Source: an uncultured Alphaproteobacteria bacterium | Lineage (GTDB): Bacteria > Pseudomonadota > Alphaproteobacteria > Sphingomonadales > Sphingomonadaceae | Reading direction: 5' to 3' | Length of the DNA: 64,000 nucleotides | Assembly (NCBI GenBank): GCA_942492965.1 | Contig: OW818656.1 | Span: forward strand, 1,998,360 to 2,062,359 | In this document: positions 13,453 through 23,827 of the stretch, in pieces | Layout: each line of letters opens with the position of its first letter | Numbering within the stretch: the stretch's first letter is position 1 | Notes under the pieces: generated by a model | Database searches by the model: none | What the model saw: only the letters and a program-made list of their open reading frames with translations | Told to the model about the DNA's origin: nothing | Position numbers and translations under genes: made by a program

Positions 13453-16356
13453 CTAGAACTTGAAGCCGGCACCCACGCCGTAGCGGCGCGGCTCCAGCGT
13501 GAAGACGTTGGTGAAGAGGCCCGAGGAGGCGTCGGTCACGTAGAGGCCGGTGGTGGCGTTGTTGTCCAGAAGGTTCTGGACGAAGCCCCGGATGTACCAG
13601 CGGTCGTTTGCGCCGTTGAGCTGCAGCTGAGCGTTGATCTGCGCGTAGCCGGACACCTTGTTGACCGGGCCGTTGAAGATATTGCCGTAGCTGTCGCCCG
13701 TGTAGGTCAGGTCGACGCGGGGGACGAGCGACATGCCGTTGTCGAAGTCCGCCGTATACTGGGCACCCACCGAGAACTTGTAGTTCGGCGCCTGCGGCAG
13801 CTTGTTGCCCTTGATGTTGACGGGGACGCCCGCGCTTTCGACCGTGAAGTTGGCGCCCGCATTGGCGGCGAGCACCGAGCAGATGCTGAACGCACCCGTT
13901 GCGGTGAGACCGCTACTGGGACCGAACGACGTTGGGCCGGCAAGACCCAGGCCCGCGTTCACCGCGGAGACGAAGCCGTTAACAGCGGCGACGTTACCTG
14001 CGACATTCGGCACGACCGCGCAGTTCGAGCCGTTCGAGATGTCCTTGATGATCACCGCGTCGGAGCGTCCGCCCGAAGGATCGCGCGGGTTCGAGAGGAA
14101 CTTGTCGCTCGAAACCTTGGTGTGCAGGTAGCTGAAACCGATGTTGAACAGCAGGCCCCGCGTCGGGCTCAGGATGGCGTCACCCTCGATGCCGTAGATG
14201 TCGGCATCGACGTTGTCGTTCACCGAAGTCCGCGCCACGATGCGGCTGAGCTGCAGGGCCTTGTACTTGTAGTAGAAGGCCGTGAGGTTCAGCTGCAGCG
14301 TGCCGTCGAGGAAGCTGTTCTTGGAGCCGATTTCGAACGAGTCGATGAACTCCGGCTCGAAGCTGTCTGAAACCTCGAAGATCGGCGACAGCGGCGGGTT
14401 GATGCCGCCCGATTTGTAGCCGCGTGAGTAGGATGCATAGACGAGATTGTCGTCGGTGATCTTGAAATCGAAGACCGCTCGGCCCGTCCATTCGCTGAAC
14501 GAGACCTTGCGGTTCTGGAAGAGCTGGTTGCCCGCCAGGCCCGGATCGGCATCGAACAGGCCGACGAACGGCGAGTCGTAGGCGTTATCGAGGCCGTGCG
14601 GCACGAGGAAGTTGGCAAGCGTCGTGCGGGCCCGCACGTTCTTCTTATCGCTGTTGTAGCGCAGGCCCACCGTCAGCTTCGCGCGGTCGCTGAACTCGTA
14701 ATAGGCCTCACCGAAAATGCCGTAGGATTTCAGGCGGAAATAGTCGGTATTGTTGCGGTACGACGGCGTCGCGAGATAGCTCGGCGGCAGACCGTTCGCA
14801 TAGGCGTTGAACGCGCCGAGGATGCCGGTCGCGTAGTCAAGACCGAAGGCGTTCACGTAGTAGCTGTTTTCGGACAGCTTGAGGTCGGCGTATATGCCGC
14901 CGACGAGGAAGTTGAGCGGCCCGTCGAAGTTGCTGGAGAGGATGCCTTCGATCGACCAGTCCTTGCTGGTCTGCACGGAGCGGTCGAAGTCCTGCGGGGT
15001 CGTCGCGCAGGTCGAATGGCCGCCGTAGCTGCCGGTTCCGGTGGGTTCGGCGTTCGACGTACAGAGCACGCCGCCCGGACCATCCGGGATGAGCGCGGCG
15101 GCGACGGGTGCGAGATAGGCCTGAAGCCCCGGCGGCAGCGGGATCAGGCCGTTCGCACCGGCGTAAAGCGCCGTCAGGCCAGGTGTGAAGCCGGCACGGT
15201 TCTGCACGGACAGGTTGTAGTCCTGCATCGAATCGACCGTGCTCTTGTGATAGAGGCCGGTCAGCTGCGCGGTGAACGCGCCGATGTCCTGCGTGATGCG
15301 CGCCTGATACTGCTCCTCGTCGGTGAAGTAGGTCGGCGTGAAGTCGGTGTTCACCTTGCGCACGTCGGCCGGGTTGGTGAAGCCGGCATAGACGTCGGGG
15401 CCATAGATACTGCCGAGGCCAAAGCTGGACGGGATGCCCTGCACGGTCAGCAGTTCGCGCGAGGTCAGCAGCGAGGCGATCGTCGCGTTGCCGTTCAGCG
15501 TCTCGAACTTCAGGCTGTCGGGCAGACAGCCGAGCACGCCGGTGGGATCGCGGTGGCACATCTGCTTCTGGATGCGGGCGCGGTTGTCTTTTTCGCGGAA
15601 ATAATACCCCATCAGGTCGATGGTCGTGGAGTCGGTCGGCTCCCAGCGCAGCGAGCCGCGGATCGCGTACATGTCGCGGTCGTCGATGTCGTTGCCGTCG
15701 TAAAGGTTCTCGGTATAGCCGTCGCGCTTCAGATAGAAGCCGGCGAGGCGGACGGCGAGCGTGTCACCGATCGGCAGATTGATCATGCCTTTCAGCTTGT
15801 AGGCGTTGAAATTGCCATATTCGGCATCGCCAGCAGCGCCGAAGCTGCCAAGTTCAGGCTTCGCGGTCACGATGTTGACCACGCCCGAGGTCGCATTGCG
15901 GCCGAACAGCGTGCCTTGCGGGCCGCGCAGCACCTCGATCCGCTCCATGTCGAAGAATTCGGTCTCGAAAAGGCGCGTCTGCAGCAGCGGCGTATCGTTC
16001 ACGTGGATCGCGGTCGCGGAATCGCAGGTCACGCCGACGCAGAGGTCGCCGATACCGCGGATCGTGAAGCTGGATGCGGTGAAGTTGCCCTTGCTGAACG
16101 ACACGTTCGGCAGAGTGAGCTGAAGGTCGCTCGAATTCTCGATCTGTTGGCGTTCCATCGCCTGTGAGGAGAAGGCGCTGACCGCGATCGGCACATCCTG
16201 CAGCGATTCCGCCTGGCGCTGGGCGGTGACGATGATGGTTTCGATGCCGGAATCGTCTTGCTCGGTCACCTGCGCGAACGCGGGCGAAGAGACGAGGACG
16301 GCAAGCGCGGAAGCGCTGGAAACGAAGACACTACGGGCGCGGAAACGTGACTGCAT
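13453..16356 (-). CDS. TonB-dependent outer-membrane receptor
   Basis: Signal peptide MQSRFRARSVFVSSASALAVLVSSPAFAQ, plug motif IEVLRGPQGTLFGRNA, C-terminus ..GVGAGFKF. ATG 16356 is preceded by GGGAGGG. The ORF-track start at 16578 is an extension. Confidence 0.9.
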   Translation of the reverse strand: MQSRFRARSVFVSSASALAVLVSSPAFAQVTEQDDSGIETIIVTAQRQAESLQDVPIAVSAFSSQAMERQQIENSSDLQLTLPNVSFSKGNFTASSFTIRGIGDLCVGVTCDSATAIHVNDTPLLQTRLFETEFFDMERIEVLRGPQGTLFGRNATSGVVNIVTAKPELGSFGAAGDAEYGNFNAYKLKGMINLPIGDTLAVRLAGFYLKRDGYTENLYDGNDIDDRDMYAIRGSLRWEPTDSTTIDLMGYYFREKDNRARIQKQMCHRDPTGVLGCLPDSLKFETLNGNATIASLLTSRELLTVQGIPSSFGLGSIYGPDVYAGFTNPADVRKVNTDFTPTYFTDEEQYQARITQDIGAFTAQLTGLYHKSTVDSMQDYNLSVQNRAGFTPGLTALYAGANGLIPLPPGLQAYLAPVAAALIPDGPGGVLCTSNAEPTGTGSYGGHSTCATTPQDFDRSVQTSKDWSIEGILSSNFDGPLNFLVGGIYADLKLSENSYYVNAFGLDYATGILGAFNAYANGLPPSYLATPSYRNNTDYFRLKSYGIFGEAYYEFSDRAKLTVGLRYNSDKKNVRARTTLANFLVPHGLDNAYDSPFVGLFDADPGLAGNQLFQNRKVSFSEWTGRAVFDFKITDDNLVYASYSRGYKSGGINPPLSPIFEVSDSFEPEFIDSFEIGSKNSFLDGTLQLNLTAFYYKYKALQLSRIVARTSVNDNVDADIYGIEGDAILSPTRGLLFNIGFSYLHTKVSSDKFLSNPRDPSGGRSDAVIIKDISNGSNCAVVPNVAGNVAAVNGFVSAVNAGLGLAGPTSFGPSSGLTATGAFSICSVLAANAGANFTVESAGVPVNIKGNKLPQAPNYKFSVGAQYTADFDNGMSLVPRVDLTYTGDSYGNIFNGPVNKVSGYAQINAQLQLNGANDRWYIRGFVQNLLDNNATTGLYVTDASSGLFTNVFTLEPRRYGVGAGFKF

Positions 16357-16676
16357 GACGAGTACCCTCCCAAGGTTACCGTTGCATCCGCGCGCCGGTT
16401 CTGGTGTGGCGCGTCGGACCGCGGAGGAAGGCCAGCTCATCACAGCGATAGCCTCCCCTATACCGCTCGTATGGCATAGAAACCCGGATTCAAGGGCTTG
16501 TCCAGCGATGCCGCGCCGCCCCCCGGTTTTGAACAGGTATACTGACAAGGCTGACAGCAAACCGTTGCCGGATTGCAACGCTTGTGGCCTTGCGGACTAT
16601 CGGTTTTTGCAGGGTGCATTCCGCAAAACGTTGCAGCTTCCGCAAGGCTGGGCTTTCCCCTAAAGCGGGCGCCGCT

Positions 16677-18101
16677 ATGGCGACACAACCCGAAACCACC
16701 GTCCTCGACCTCTTTCGTGACGTTGCCGGACCCGGCGGCTGGTCCGACGATCCTGATCGGCTCGCGCCCAAGCTCACCGATTGGCGCGGCCAGAAGACGG
16801 GCGTCTCTCCGCTGCTCCTCCTGCCGCGCGACACGGAGACGCTGGCACGCATCGTGAAGATCGCGAACGAGACGGGGACACCGCTCGTGCCGCAGGGCGG
16901 CAACACCGGCCTCGTCGGCGCGGGTGTGCCCGAGGAGGATGGCCGCGCCGTCCTCGTCTCGATGGATCGCATGAACCGCATCCGCGCACTCGATGCGACA
17001 GGCTTCACCGTCGTCGCCGAGGCGGGCGTGATCCTGGAGGTATTGCACAAGGCCGCCGAGGACGCGGACTGCATGTTCCCGCTCTCGCTCGGCGCCAAGG
17101 GCTCGGCGACCGTTGGCGGCCTCATCTCGACGAACGCGGGCGGTGTTCAGGTGCTCCGCTACGGCAACATGCGCGCGCAGGTCATCGGCCTCGAAGCCGT
17201 GCTGCCGGATGGCAGCATCCTCGATCAGCTCACACCGCTCCGGAAGGACAATACCGGCTACGATATCAAGCAGCTTCTGATCGGCGCCGAAGGCACGCTC
17301 GGCTTCGTCACTGCGGCGTCGCTGCGGCTGGTGCCGGCACCGCGCGAGGTTGCGACGGCGTTCGTTGCGCTCGACGATCCGCACACGGCGCTCACGCTGC
17401 TCGCCCGTCTCAAGGCGGCGACCGGCGACAACCTCGATTCCTTCGAGCTGATCCCGCGCCACGGCATCGATCTCGTGCTGCAGCACATCCCCGGCGCGCG
17501 TGATCCGCTGTCGGACGTCTATCCGTGGTACGTGCTTGTCGAGGCGACCTCCGCGATGGCCGGGGAGACGCAGCGTCAGGCGCTGGAAACGGGGCTCGCC
17601 GCCGCGTTCGAGGATGGGCTGGTGCGCGATGCCGCGCTTGCTGAAAACCGCGCGCAGAGCCTCGATTTCTGGCGCCTTCGCGAGGAGCTGCCCGAAGCCG
17701 AACGGCTCGACGGGCCTTCGGTGAAGCACGACGTCTCGGTGCCCGTTTCCGACATGCCGCGCTTCATGGAAGAGGCGACGCGGATCATCGAGGCGGACTG
17801 GCCGGGCACGCAGGTGATGGCGTTCGGCCACCTCGGCGACGGCAACGTCCACTATAACGTCAAGACCTCCGAACCCGGCCCGCGTACTGAGCTGATGGCG
17901 CGCCGCTACGAACTCAGCGAGCAGGTTTACGACATCGTCGCGCGGTACGGCGGCTCGATCAGCGCCGAACACGGCATCGGAACCTCGAAGGCAAAGACGC
18001 TCGCGCGCCTCGGCAACCCCGCGAAACTCGCCGCGATGCGCGCCGTGAAGGCCGCGCTCGATCCGAACAATATCATGAACCCGGGCAAGATCTTCGTCTG
18101 A
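16677..18101 (+). CDS. FAD-linked oxidase (GlcD / D-2-hydroxyacid dehydrogenase family)
   Basis: FAD-binding PCMH-type N-domain (PQGGNTGLVGAGVP) and C-terminal SAEHGIG..LDPNNIMNPGKIF. Confidence 0.85.
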   Translation: MATQPETTVLDLFRDVAGPGGWSDDPDRLAPKLTDWRGQKTGVSPLLLLPRDTETLARIVKIANETGTPLVPQGGNTGLVGAGVPEEDGRAVLVSMDRMNRIRALDATGFTVVAEAGVILEVLHKAAEDADCMFPLSLGAKGSATVGGLISTNAGGVQVLRYGNMRAQVIGLEAVLPDGSILDQLTPLRKDNTGYDIKQLLIGAEGTLGFVTAASLRLVPAPREVATAFVALDDPHTALTLLARLKAATGDNLDSFELIPRHGIDLVLQHIPGARDPLSDVYPWYVLVEATSAMAGETQRQALETGLAAAFEDGLVRDAALAENRAQSLDFWRLREELPEAERLDGPSVKHDVSVPVSDMPRFMEEATRIIEADWPGTQVMAFGHLGDGNVHYNVKTSEPGPRTELMARRYELSEQVYDIVARYGGSISAEHGIGTSKAKTLARLGNPAKLAAMRAVKAALDPNNIMNPGKIFV

Positions 18102-18112
18102 GACCGGGTGCG

Positions 18113-18181
18113 TCCCTCGACTTCGCTCGGGATGAAACACCTTTTTACTCTACGATCATCATCCCGAGCGAAGTCGAGGGA
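18113..18181. repeat. REP-like perfect palindrome (23-bp arms, 23-nt spacer)
   Basis: TCCCTCGACTTCGCTCGGGATGA ... TCATCCCGAGCGAAGTCGAGGGA, located between two convergent genes. Confidence 0.8.
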
Positions 18182-18194
18182 CATACCCCACCCG

Positions 18195-19526
18195 TCAGCG
18201 CACAGGCACCCCGAACAAATCCGTCTCGTCCGCGTCCTCGATGCGCACGCGCACGATATCACCCGGCGCCGCATCGGCATCGCGCAGCAGCACCTGACCG
18301 TCGATCTCGGGCGCGTCCCACTGCGAGCGCCCCGTCGCGCCGCCCTCGTCATCGGCCTCGTCGATAATCACATCGATCTCGCGGCCCACGCGGCTTTGCA
18401 GTCGCGCGGCTGAAATCCGCGCCTGCGCTTCCATGAAGCGGCGCCAGCGCTCGTCCTTGATCTCTTCGGGAACCGCGCCGTCCAGCGCATTCGCCGCCGC
18501 GCCCTCGACAGCCTCGTATTTGAAGCAGCCGGCCCGGTCGATGCCCGCGTCCTCCAGCCAGTTCAGCAGATACTGGAAGTCCGCTTCGGTCTCGCCGGGA
18601 AAGCCGACGATGAAGGTGGATCGGATGGCAAGGTCAGGCACGATTGATCGCCACGATCGAATCCGCTCCAGCACCTTCGCCTCGTTCGCAGGCCGCGCCA
18701 TGCGCTTCAGCACCGCAGGGCTCGCGTGCTGGAACGGAATGTCGAGATAGGGCAGCACCAGCCCATCGGCCATCAGCGGCATCAGCTGGTCGACGTGCGG
18801 ATAGGGGTAGATGTAGTGCATGCGCACCCACGCGCCGAGCTTGCCCAGATCACGCGCCAGATCGGTGATGTGCGCGCGATATTCGCGCCCCTCCCATTTC
18901 GACATCGCGTGCCGGATATCGACGCCGTAAGCGGACGTGTCCTGGCTGATGACGAGCAGTTCCTTCGTGCCCGCCTCCACCAGCTTTGCCGCCTCGCGCA
19001 CCACGGCCGCCGCCGGCCGGCTGACGAGATCGCCGCGCAGCGAGGGGATGATGCAGAACTTGCAGCGGTGGTTGCAGCCTTCGGAAATCTTCAGATACGA
19101 ATAGTGGCGCGGCGTCAGCTTCAGCCCTGCCTCGGGCACCAGATCGACGAACGGCGAGGGCACCGGCGGCGCGGCCGCGTGCACGGCGTCGACGACCGCC
19201 TCATACTGATGCGCGCCCGTTACCGCGAGCACGCCCGGAAAGCGCGCGCGGATGGCGTCGGCTTCGTTGCCCATGCACCCGGTCACGATCACGCGGCCGT
19301 TCTCGGCGATCGCCTCGCCGATCGCGGCAAGGCTCTCTTCCTTGGCCGAATCGAGGAACCCGCAGGTGTTCACCAGCACCACGTCCGCGCCCGCATAATC
19401 CGGGCTCATCGCATAGCCGTCCGCGCGCAGCTTGGTCAGAATCCGCTCGCTGTCGACCAGCGCCTTCGGGCAGCCGAGCGACACCATGCCGACCTTCGGC
19501 GGCTGAGGGAGCGTTTTCACGGTCAT
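18195..19526 (-). CDS. rimO: Ribosomal protein S12 methylthiotransferase
   Basis: MTTase N-domain [13 protein letters not shown], radical-SAM [12 protein letters not shown]-terminal TRAM domain. ATG at 19526. Confidence 0.9.
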   Translation of the reverse strand: MTVKTLPQPPKVGMVSLGCPKALVDSERILTKLRADGYAMSPDYAGADVVLVNTCGFLDSAKEESLAAIGEAIAENGRVIVTGCMGNEADAIRARFPGVLAVTGAHQYEAVVDAVHAAAPPVPSPFVDLVPEAGLKLTPRHYSYLKISEGCNHRCKFCIIPSLRGDLVSRPAAAVVREAAKLVEAGTKELLVISQDTSAYGVDIRHAMSKWEGREYRAHITDLARDLGKLGAWVRMHYIYPYPHVDQLMPLMADGLVLPYLDIPFQHASPAVLKRMARPANEAKVLERIRSWRSIVPDLAIRSTFIVGFPGETEADFQYLLNWLEDAGIDRAGCFKYEAVEGAAANALDGAVPEEIKDERWRRFMEAQARISAARLQSRVGREIDVIIDEADDEGGATGRSQWDAPEIDGQVLLRDADAAPGDIVRVRIEDADETDLFGVPVR

Positions 19527-19598
19527 GAGAGGCGCGCCAGTGAAGCAAGACGCGCCGAAAGGCAAGGGGGAGGCGGGGCGCCCGATCACACTCCACGG

Positions 19599-19662
19599 TC
19601 ATACCGGCGCAGGCCGGTATCTATAACCACGGTCCGATGGATACCGGCCTGCGCCGGTATGA
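19599..19662. repeat. REP-like perfect palindrome (23-bp arms, 18-nt spacer)
   Basis: TCATACCGGCGCAGGCCGGTATC ... GATACCGGCCTGCGCCGGTATGA. This is a different family from the 18113 element. Confidence 0.8.
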
Positions 19663-19682
19663 CAGTAGGTAAGAGACTAAAT

Positions 19683-20045
19683 TTAAGGCGATATTCGATC
19701 TGATACAGCGAGGGCTTCCGCCTCAGCAAGCAGGGATTTGAGCATTTCCATGCCTTCACTCTGTACGGGCAGATCGATCTCTACGGCTCTTCTTCTGATG
19801 GCTTCCAGTTTGGAATTCGCGATCGGGATGGAAATGAAGTCATCCCAATCCCATTCACCTCCCGTACTTTCAATAAAGGCGCTCAAATAACGCGCGACCT
19901 CTTCGGCAGACCTTTCAAGCCGGCGCTTGAAAGGCATTGTTACCAGCCTGACAACAAACGCAATGGGAACAAGCATGACAGCAAACAAGACGCCGAGGGC
20001 ATTTCTCCACAACGCGTTCTTTGACGACATTAAACTATGCCGCAT
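19683..20045 (-). CDS. Hypothetical membrane-anchored small protein (orphan)
   Basis: It is the only long ORF in an AT-rich patch. One N-terminal TM helix (ALWRNALGVLFAVMLVPIAFVVRLV) plus an ~80-aa acidic domain (GGEWDWDDF). I recognise no family. Confidence 0.5.
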   Translation of the reverse strand: MRHSLMSSKNALWRNALGVLFAVMLVPIAFVVRLVTMPFKRRLERSAEEVARYLSAFIESTGGEWDWDDFISIPIANSKLEAIRRRAVEIDLPVQSEGMEMLKSLLAEAEALAVSDRISP

Positions 20046-20121
20046 TCTTTGAGTCTAAGCACGGCGCTATTGCTTGCAACGGCCAAAATTTGCGGTTCCA
20101 AGCGCGATTGTCCTTCTCGCC

Positions 20122-21165
20122 TCATCCCACCCCAGGCAAATGCGGCAGCGGGTCGACCGGCTTCTTGCCTTGCCGGATCTCGAAATGAAGCTGCGGCTCG
20201 TCCACCGAGCCGGTCTTGCCGACGCGGGCGATAGGGTCGCCCTGGCGCACGGTGTCGCCGCGGATCACGAGCAGGTCTTCGGCGTGGGCATAGGCCGTCA
20301 CCCAGCCGCCGTCGTGCTTCAGCAGCACGAGGTTGCCGAAGCCCTCAACGGCGTTTCCGGCGTAGGCGACGACGCCGTTCGCCGCCGCGCGGATCGGCGC
20401 ACCGGCAGAGGCGCGGAGGTTGATGCCGTCGTTGTAGAGGCCGCCGGATTTCGCGCCGAAACGGCTGATGAGCTTGCCTTCCACCGGCGTGATGAAACGG
20501 CCGTTGAATGCCGGGGTCGGCGGCAGTGCGGCAACCGCTTGCGGCGGCGCGGTTTCGCCCGCCGGGTGCGCCGCGGCGGCGGCTTCGGTCGCGGCGGGCT
20601 CGCTGCCGGTGATCAGGTCGTCGATGTTGAGCGTGAAGGCGGCGGCGCGTTCGGCGAGCGTCATTTCGCGCACCTGCGCCTTCGTCGGCAGCCGCAGCCG
20701 CTGGCCGACGCGCAGCGTGTAGGGCGCCTTCAGTTCGTTGGTGGTGACGATGCCTTCCCAGTCCGCGCTGTAAGCGCGCGCGATGGTGATGCCCGTCTCA
20801 CCCGCCTTCACCGTGTGATAGCGCCCGCCGGGGATTGTCAGCACCTGCCCCACTTCGATCGTATAAGGCGGCGCGATCCTGTTCGCCTGCGCGATGGCCT
20901 GCACCGATGAACCCGTGCGCTCGCCGATGCGGGAGAGCGTATCGCCGCGCACGACGGTAACGGTTTGCTGCGGCACGTCCACCGCATCCGCCACCACCTT
21001 CACCGGCTTCCACGGCGCGCGTTTCGGTGTGGCGGGGGTCGTGGGTACAGGTGTCGCGGTGCGCTCGATCGGCGTCTTCGGTGTCGGCACCGGAAACTGC
21101 GGTCGCGACGGGGCCGAGCAGGCAGCGGCGAGAAGCAGGGCGAAAGGAACGGCGAAGCGGAACAT
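20122..21165 (-). CDS. LysM-domain M23 metallopeptidase (NlpD-like)
   Basis: Lipoprotein-like signal (LLLAAC), two LysM repeats, C-terminal M23 domain (GINL.., HAEDLLV, LHFEIRQG). Confidence 0.85.
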   Translation of the reverse strand: MFRFAVPFALLLAAACSAPSRPQFPVPTPKTPIERTATPVPTTPATPKRAPWKPVKVVADAVDVPQQTVTVVRGDTLSRIGERTGSSVQAIAQANRIAPPYTIEVGQVLTIPGGRYHTVKAGETGITIARAYSADWEGIVTTNELKAPYTLRVGQRLRLPTKAQVREMTLAERAAAFTLNIDDLITGSEPAATEAAAAAHPAGETAPPQAVAALPPTPAFNGRFITPVEGKLISRFGAKSGGLYNDGINLRASAGAPIRAAANGVVAYAGNAVEGFGNLVLLKHDGGWVTAYAHAEDLLVIRGDTVRQGDPIARVGKTGSVDEPQLHFEIRQGKKPVDPLPHLPGVG

Positions 21166-21214
21166 GGGAGTGTCTCTAACCCGCCGCGACGCGGATTTGA
21201 ATCGTCGAAAGCGC

Positions 21215-21982
21215 CTAGCCGAGGTGTTTCACCGCATCGCGCAGTGCGTCCAGCGTCTCGTAGTGCGTGAGGTCGAGGTGGAGCGGCGTCACCGCGATCA
21301 GGCCCTCGTGCGTCGCCTGCAGGTCGGTGAGGTGCCCGGCTTCCGTCGCCTCCCGGCCAAGGCCGAACCAGTAGTATGTGAAACCGCGCGGGTCGACGCG
21401 CTCCTCGATGGCGGTGGCGCCGTAGTCGCGGAAGCCCTGTTCGGTCACGCGCACGCCCTTCACCGCGTCCGGCGCGACGGCGGGGAAGTTCACGTTCATC
21501 AGCACGCCCTTCGGCCACGTCTTCGCGGCAAGCGCGCGGACCACGGTGGCACCCCACTTCGCTGCGGTCTCGAAGGCCTGCACCGCGCGCATCTCGCCAA
21601 GGCACTGGCTGAGCGCGATGGCGGGCACGCCGTAGAGCGTCGCTTCCATCGCCGCCGACACCGTGCCCGAATAGGTGACGTCTTCGGCGAGATTCGCGCC
21701 GCGGTTGACGCCCGAAAGCACGAGATCGGGCGGATTGTCCTTCATCAGCAGGCCAAGCGCCATCATCACGCTGTCGGTGGGTGTCCCGCGCACCGCAAAG
21801 CGGCGCTCGCCGTGCTTCTGCAGGCGGATCGGCTGCGTCAGCGTCAGCGAGTGCCCTGCGCCTGACTGTTCCTCGGCGGGCGCGACCACCCAGATGTCGT
21901 CGCTGAGTTCGCGTGCGATGGCTTCGAGCACCGCCATGCCGGGGGCGTGATAGCCGTCGTCGTTGGTGAGCAGAATCCTCAT
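21215..21982 (-). CDS. surE: 5'/3'-nucleotidase SurE
   Basis: [15 protein letters not shown] and SGVNRGANL motifs. Confidence 0.9.
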   Translation of the reverse strand: MRILLTNDDGYHAPGMAVLEAIARELSDDIWVVAPAEEQSGAGHSLTLTQPIRLQKHGERRFAVRGTPTDSVMMALGLLMKDNPPDLVLSGVNRGANLAEDVTYSGTVSAAMEATLYGVPAIALSQCLGEMRAVQAFETAAKWGATVVRALAAKTWPKGVLMNVNFPAVAPDAVKGVRVTEQGFRDYGATAIEERVDPRGFTYYWFGLGREATEAGHLTDLQATHEGLIAVTPLHLDLTHYETLDALRDAVKHLG

Positions 21983-23250
21983 GGCCGCAGCGCCTCCAGC
22001 CCGCCCATGTATGGCCGCAGCGCGTCGGGGATGGTCACCGACCCGTCTGCCTGCTGATAGTTTTCCAGTACCGCGACGAGCGTGCGGCCGACCGCGAGCC
22101 CGGAACCGTTCAGCGTGTGGACGAACGCCGTGCCCTTCTCGCCCGCCGCGCGGTGGCGCGCATTCATGCGCCGCGCCTGGAAGTCGCCGCAGTTGGAAAC
22201 GCTCGAAATCTCGCGGTAACAGCCCTGTCCCGGCAGCCAGACCTCAAGGTCGTAGGTCTTGCGCGAGGCAAAGCCCATGTCTCCCGCGCACAGCAGCATC
22301 ACCCGGTAGGGAAGGCCGAGCGCCTGCAGGATTCCCTCCGCGCATTCGGTCATGCGTGCGTGCTCGGCTTCGGACTGGTCCGCCGACGCGATCACCACCA
22401 TCTCGACCTTCTCGAACTGGTGCTGGCGGATCATGCCCTTGGTGTCGCGCCCCGCCGAGCCCGCCTCGGCGCGGAAGCAGGGAGAAAGCGCGGTCAGGCG
22501 CAGCGGCAGGCTCGCGGTGTCGAGGATCTCGCCCGCCACAAGGTTCGTCAGCGACACCTCGGCGGTCGGGATCAGCCAGCGGCCGTCCGTGGTCTGAAAC
22601 AAATCTTCGGCGAACTTCGGAAGCTGGCCGGTGCCGTACATCGCTTCGTCGCGCACCAGGAGCGGCACGGCGGTTTCGGTGAAGCCGTTCTCCACCTGCC
22701 GGTCGAGCATGAACTGTGCGAGCGCGCGGTGCAGGCGGGCAACGCCGCCGCTCATCACCGCGAAGCGCGCGCCGGAAAGCTTGGCCGCGCGTTCGAAATC
22801 GAGGCCCAGCGGGGCGGCGACGGCATCGTGCTCCTTCGCCTCGAAATCGAAGGCGCGTGGCTCGCCCCACGTTTTCACCACCACGTTCGCGGTCTCGTCC
22901 GGTCCCTCCGGCACATCCGCGGCGGGAAGGTTCGGAATGGCCGAAAGCCGCGCGTTCAGCGCCTCGGAAAGTTCGCGTTCCCCGGCTTCGAGGTCGGGGA
23001 TGCGCGACTTGAGTTCGTTCACTTCGGTCATCAGCGCGGCGGCGGCCGCTTCGTCCTTCTGCGCCTTCGCGGCGCCGATCGCCTTCGAGGCCTCGTTGCG
23101 CCGCGTCAGCGCGGCCTGCAGCGTCGTCACCGTCTCACGCAGCGCGGCGTCCTCGGCAAGGATTGCCGATGACAAAGGGGCAAGCCCCTTCCGTGCTAGA
23201 CCCAGATCAAATTCGGCGGGGTTTTCCCTGATAAAGCGGATATCATGCAT
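21979..23250 (-). CDS. serS: Seryl-tRNA synthetase
   Basis: [11 protein letters not shown].., class-II motifs ([41 protein letters not shown]). 4-nt overlap with surE. The ORF-track start at 23841 is an extension. Confidence 0.95.
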   Translation of the reverse strand: MHDIRFIRENPAEFDLGLARKGLAPLSSAILAEDAALRETVTTLQAALTRRNEASKAIGAAKAQKDEAAAAALMTEVNELKSRIPDLEAGERELSEALNARLSAIPNLPAADVPEGPDETANVVVKTWGEPRAFDFEAKEHDAVAAPLGLDFERAAKLSGARFAVMSGGVARLHRALAQFMLDRQVENGFTETAVPLLVRDEAMYGTGQLPKFAEDLFQTTDGRWLIPTAEVSLTNLVAGEILDTASLPLRLTALSPCFRAEAGSAGRDTKGMIRQHQFEKVEMVVIASADQSEAEHARMTECAEGILQALGLPYRVMLLCAGDMGFASRKTYDLEVWLPGQGCYREISSVSNCGDFQARRMNARHRAAGEKGTAFVHTLNGSGLAVGRTLVAVLENYQQADGSVTIPDALRPYMGGLEALRP

Positions 23251-23343
23251 GGCGAAGGCTCTATGGAACGGGCGCGTTTGGCCCGCAACCGGTTTCGCCG
23301 TGCTTCGTTGAAGCTTCACACACAGGCAGAAAAGGGAGCCGCC

Positions 23344-23784
23344 ATGATCCTCCAGCACAAGACAGAGATTTGCGTCGCAGACGGGCGCAAGCTGCTGCTG
23401 CTCGTCAATGAAGGCGACACGAAGTTCCCCGATCTGCAGGTGATCCGCGAGGAAGCGCAGGAACTGCTGCCCGACCGCGAGCTTTCGACCGACAGGCCGG
23501 GCCGCAGCTTCCAGAGCGTCGGCGCGCGGCGCAGTAGCTATGAGGAGACTGATTTCAAGCAGCTCGCCGAGGATCGTTTCGCCGCCGAGGTCGCCGAAAT
23601 CCTGAAAAAGCGCGCGCTCGGCGGCAAGACCGACCGTCTCATCATTATCGCGCCGCCAGCGACGCTCGGCGAGATGCGCAAGCATTATCACAAGGAGGTC
23701 GCGGACCGGATCGTCGCCGAGATCGCCAAGGAAGCGACGAATCTGCCGCCCGATGCCATCGCCGCGATGGTGGAGGCCGCGTAA
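23344..23784 (+). CDS. Host-attachment-family protein (function unknown)
   Basis: [20 protein letters not shown].. and [19 protein letters not shown] resemble that family from memory. ATG 23344 follows AAGGGAG. Confidence 0.6.
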   Translation: MILQHKTEICVADGRKLLLLVNEGDTKFPDLQVIREEAQELLPDRELSTDRPGRSFQSVGARRSSYEETDFKQLAEDRFAAEVAEILKKRALGGKTDRLIIIAPPATLGEMRKHYHKEVADRIVAEIAKEATNLPPDAIAAMVEAA

Positions 23785-23827
23785 GTCTGCTTGGCGGGCA
23801 TGGACGTCCGCGCTATGCGAGGCGTCC

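Noticed and set aside
16357-16676. Possible riboswitch (cobalamin or TPP) in the 320-nt leader of the TonB-dependent receptor gene.
   Set aside because: Reading the minus-strand leader by eye, I found no B12-box-like or TPP (CUGAGA...) core elements. A covariance-model scan (Rfam/Infernal) would be needed to exclude other RNA families.
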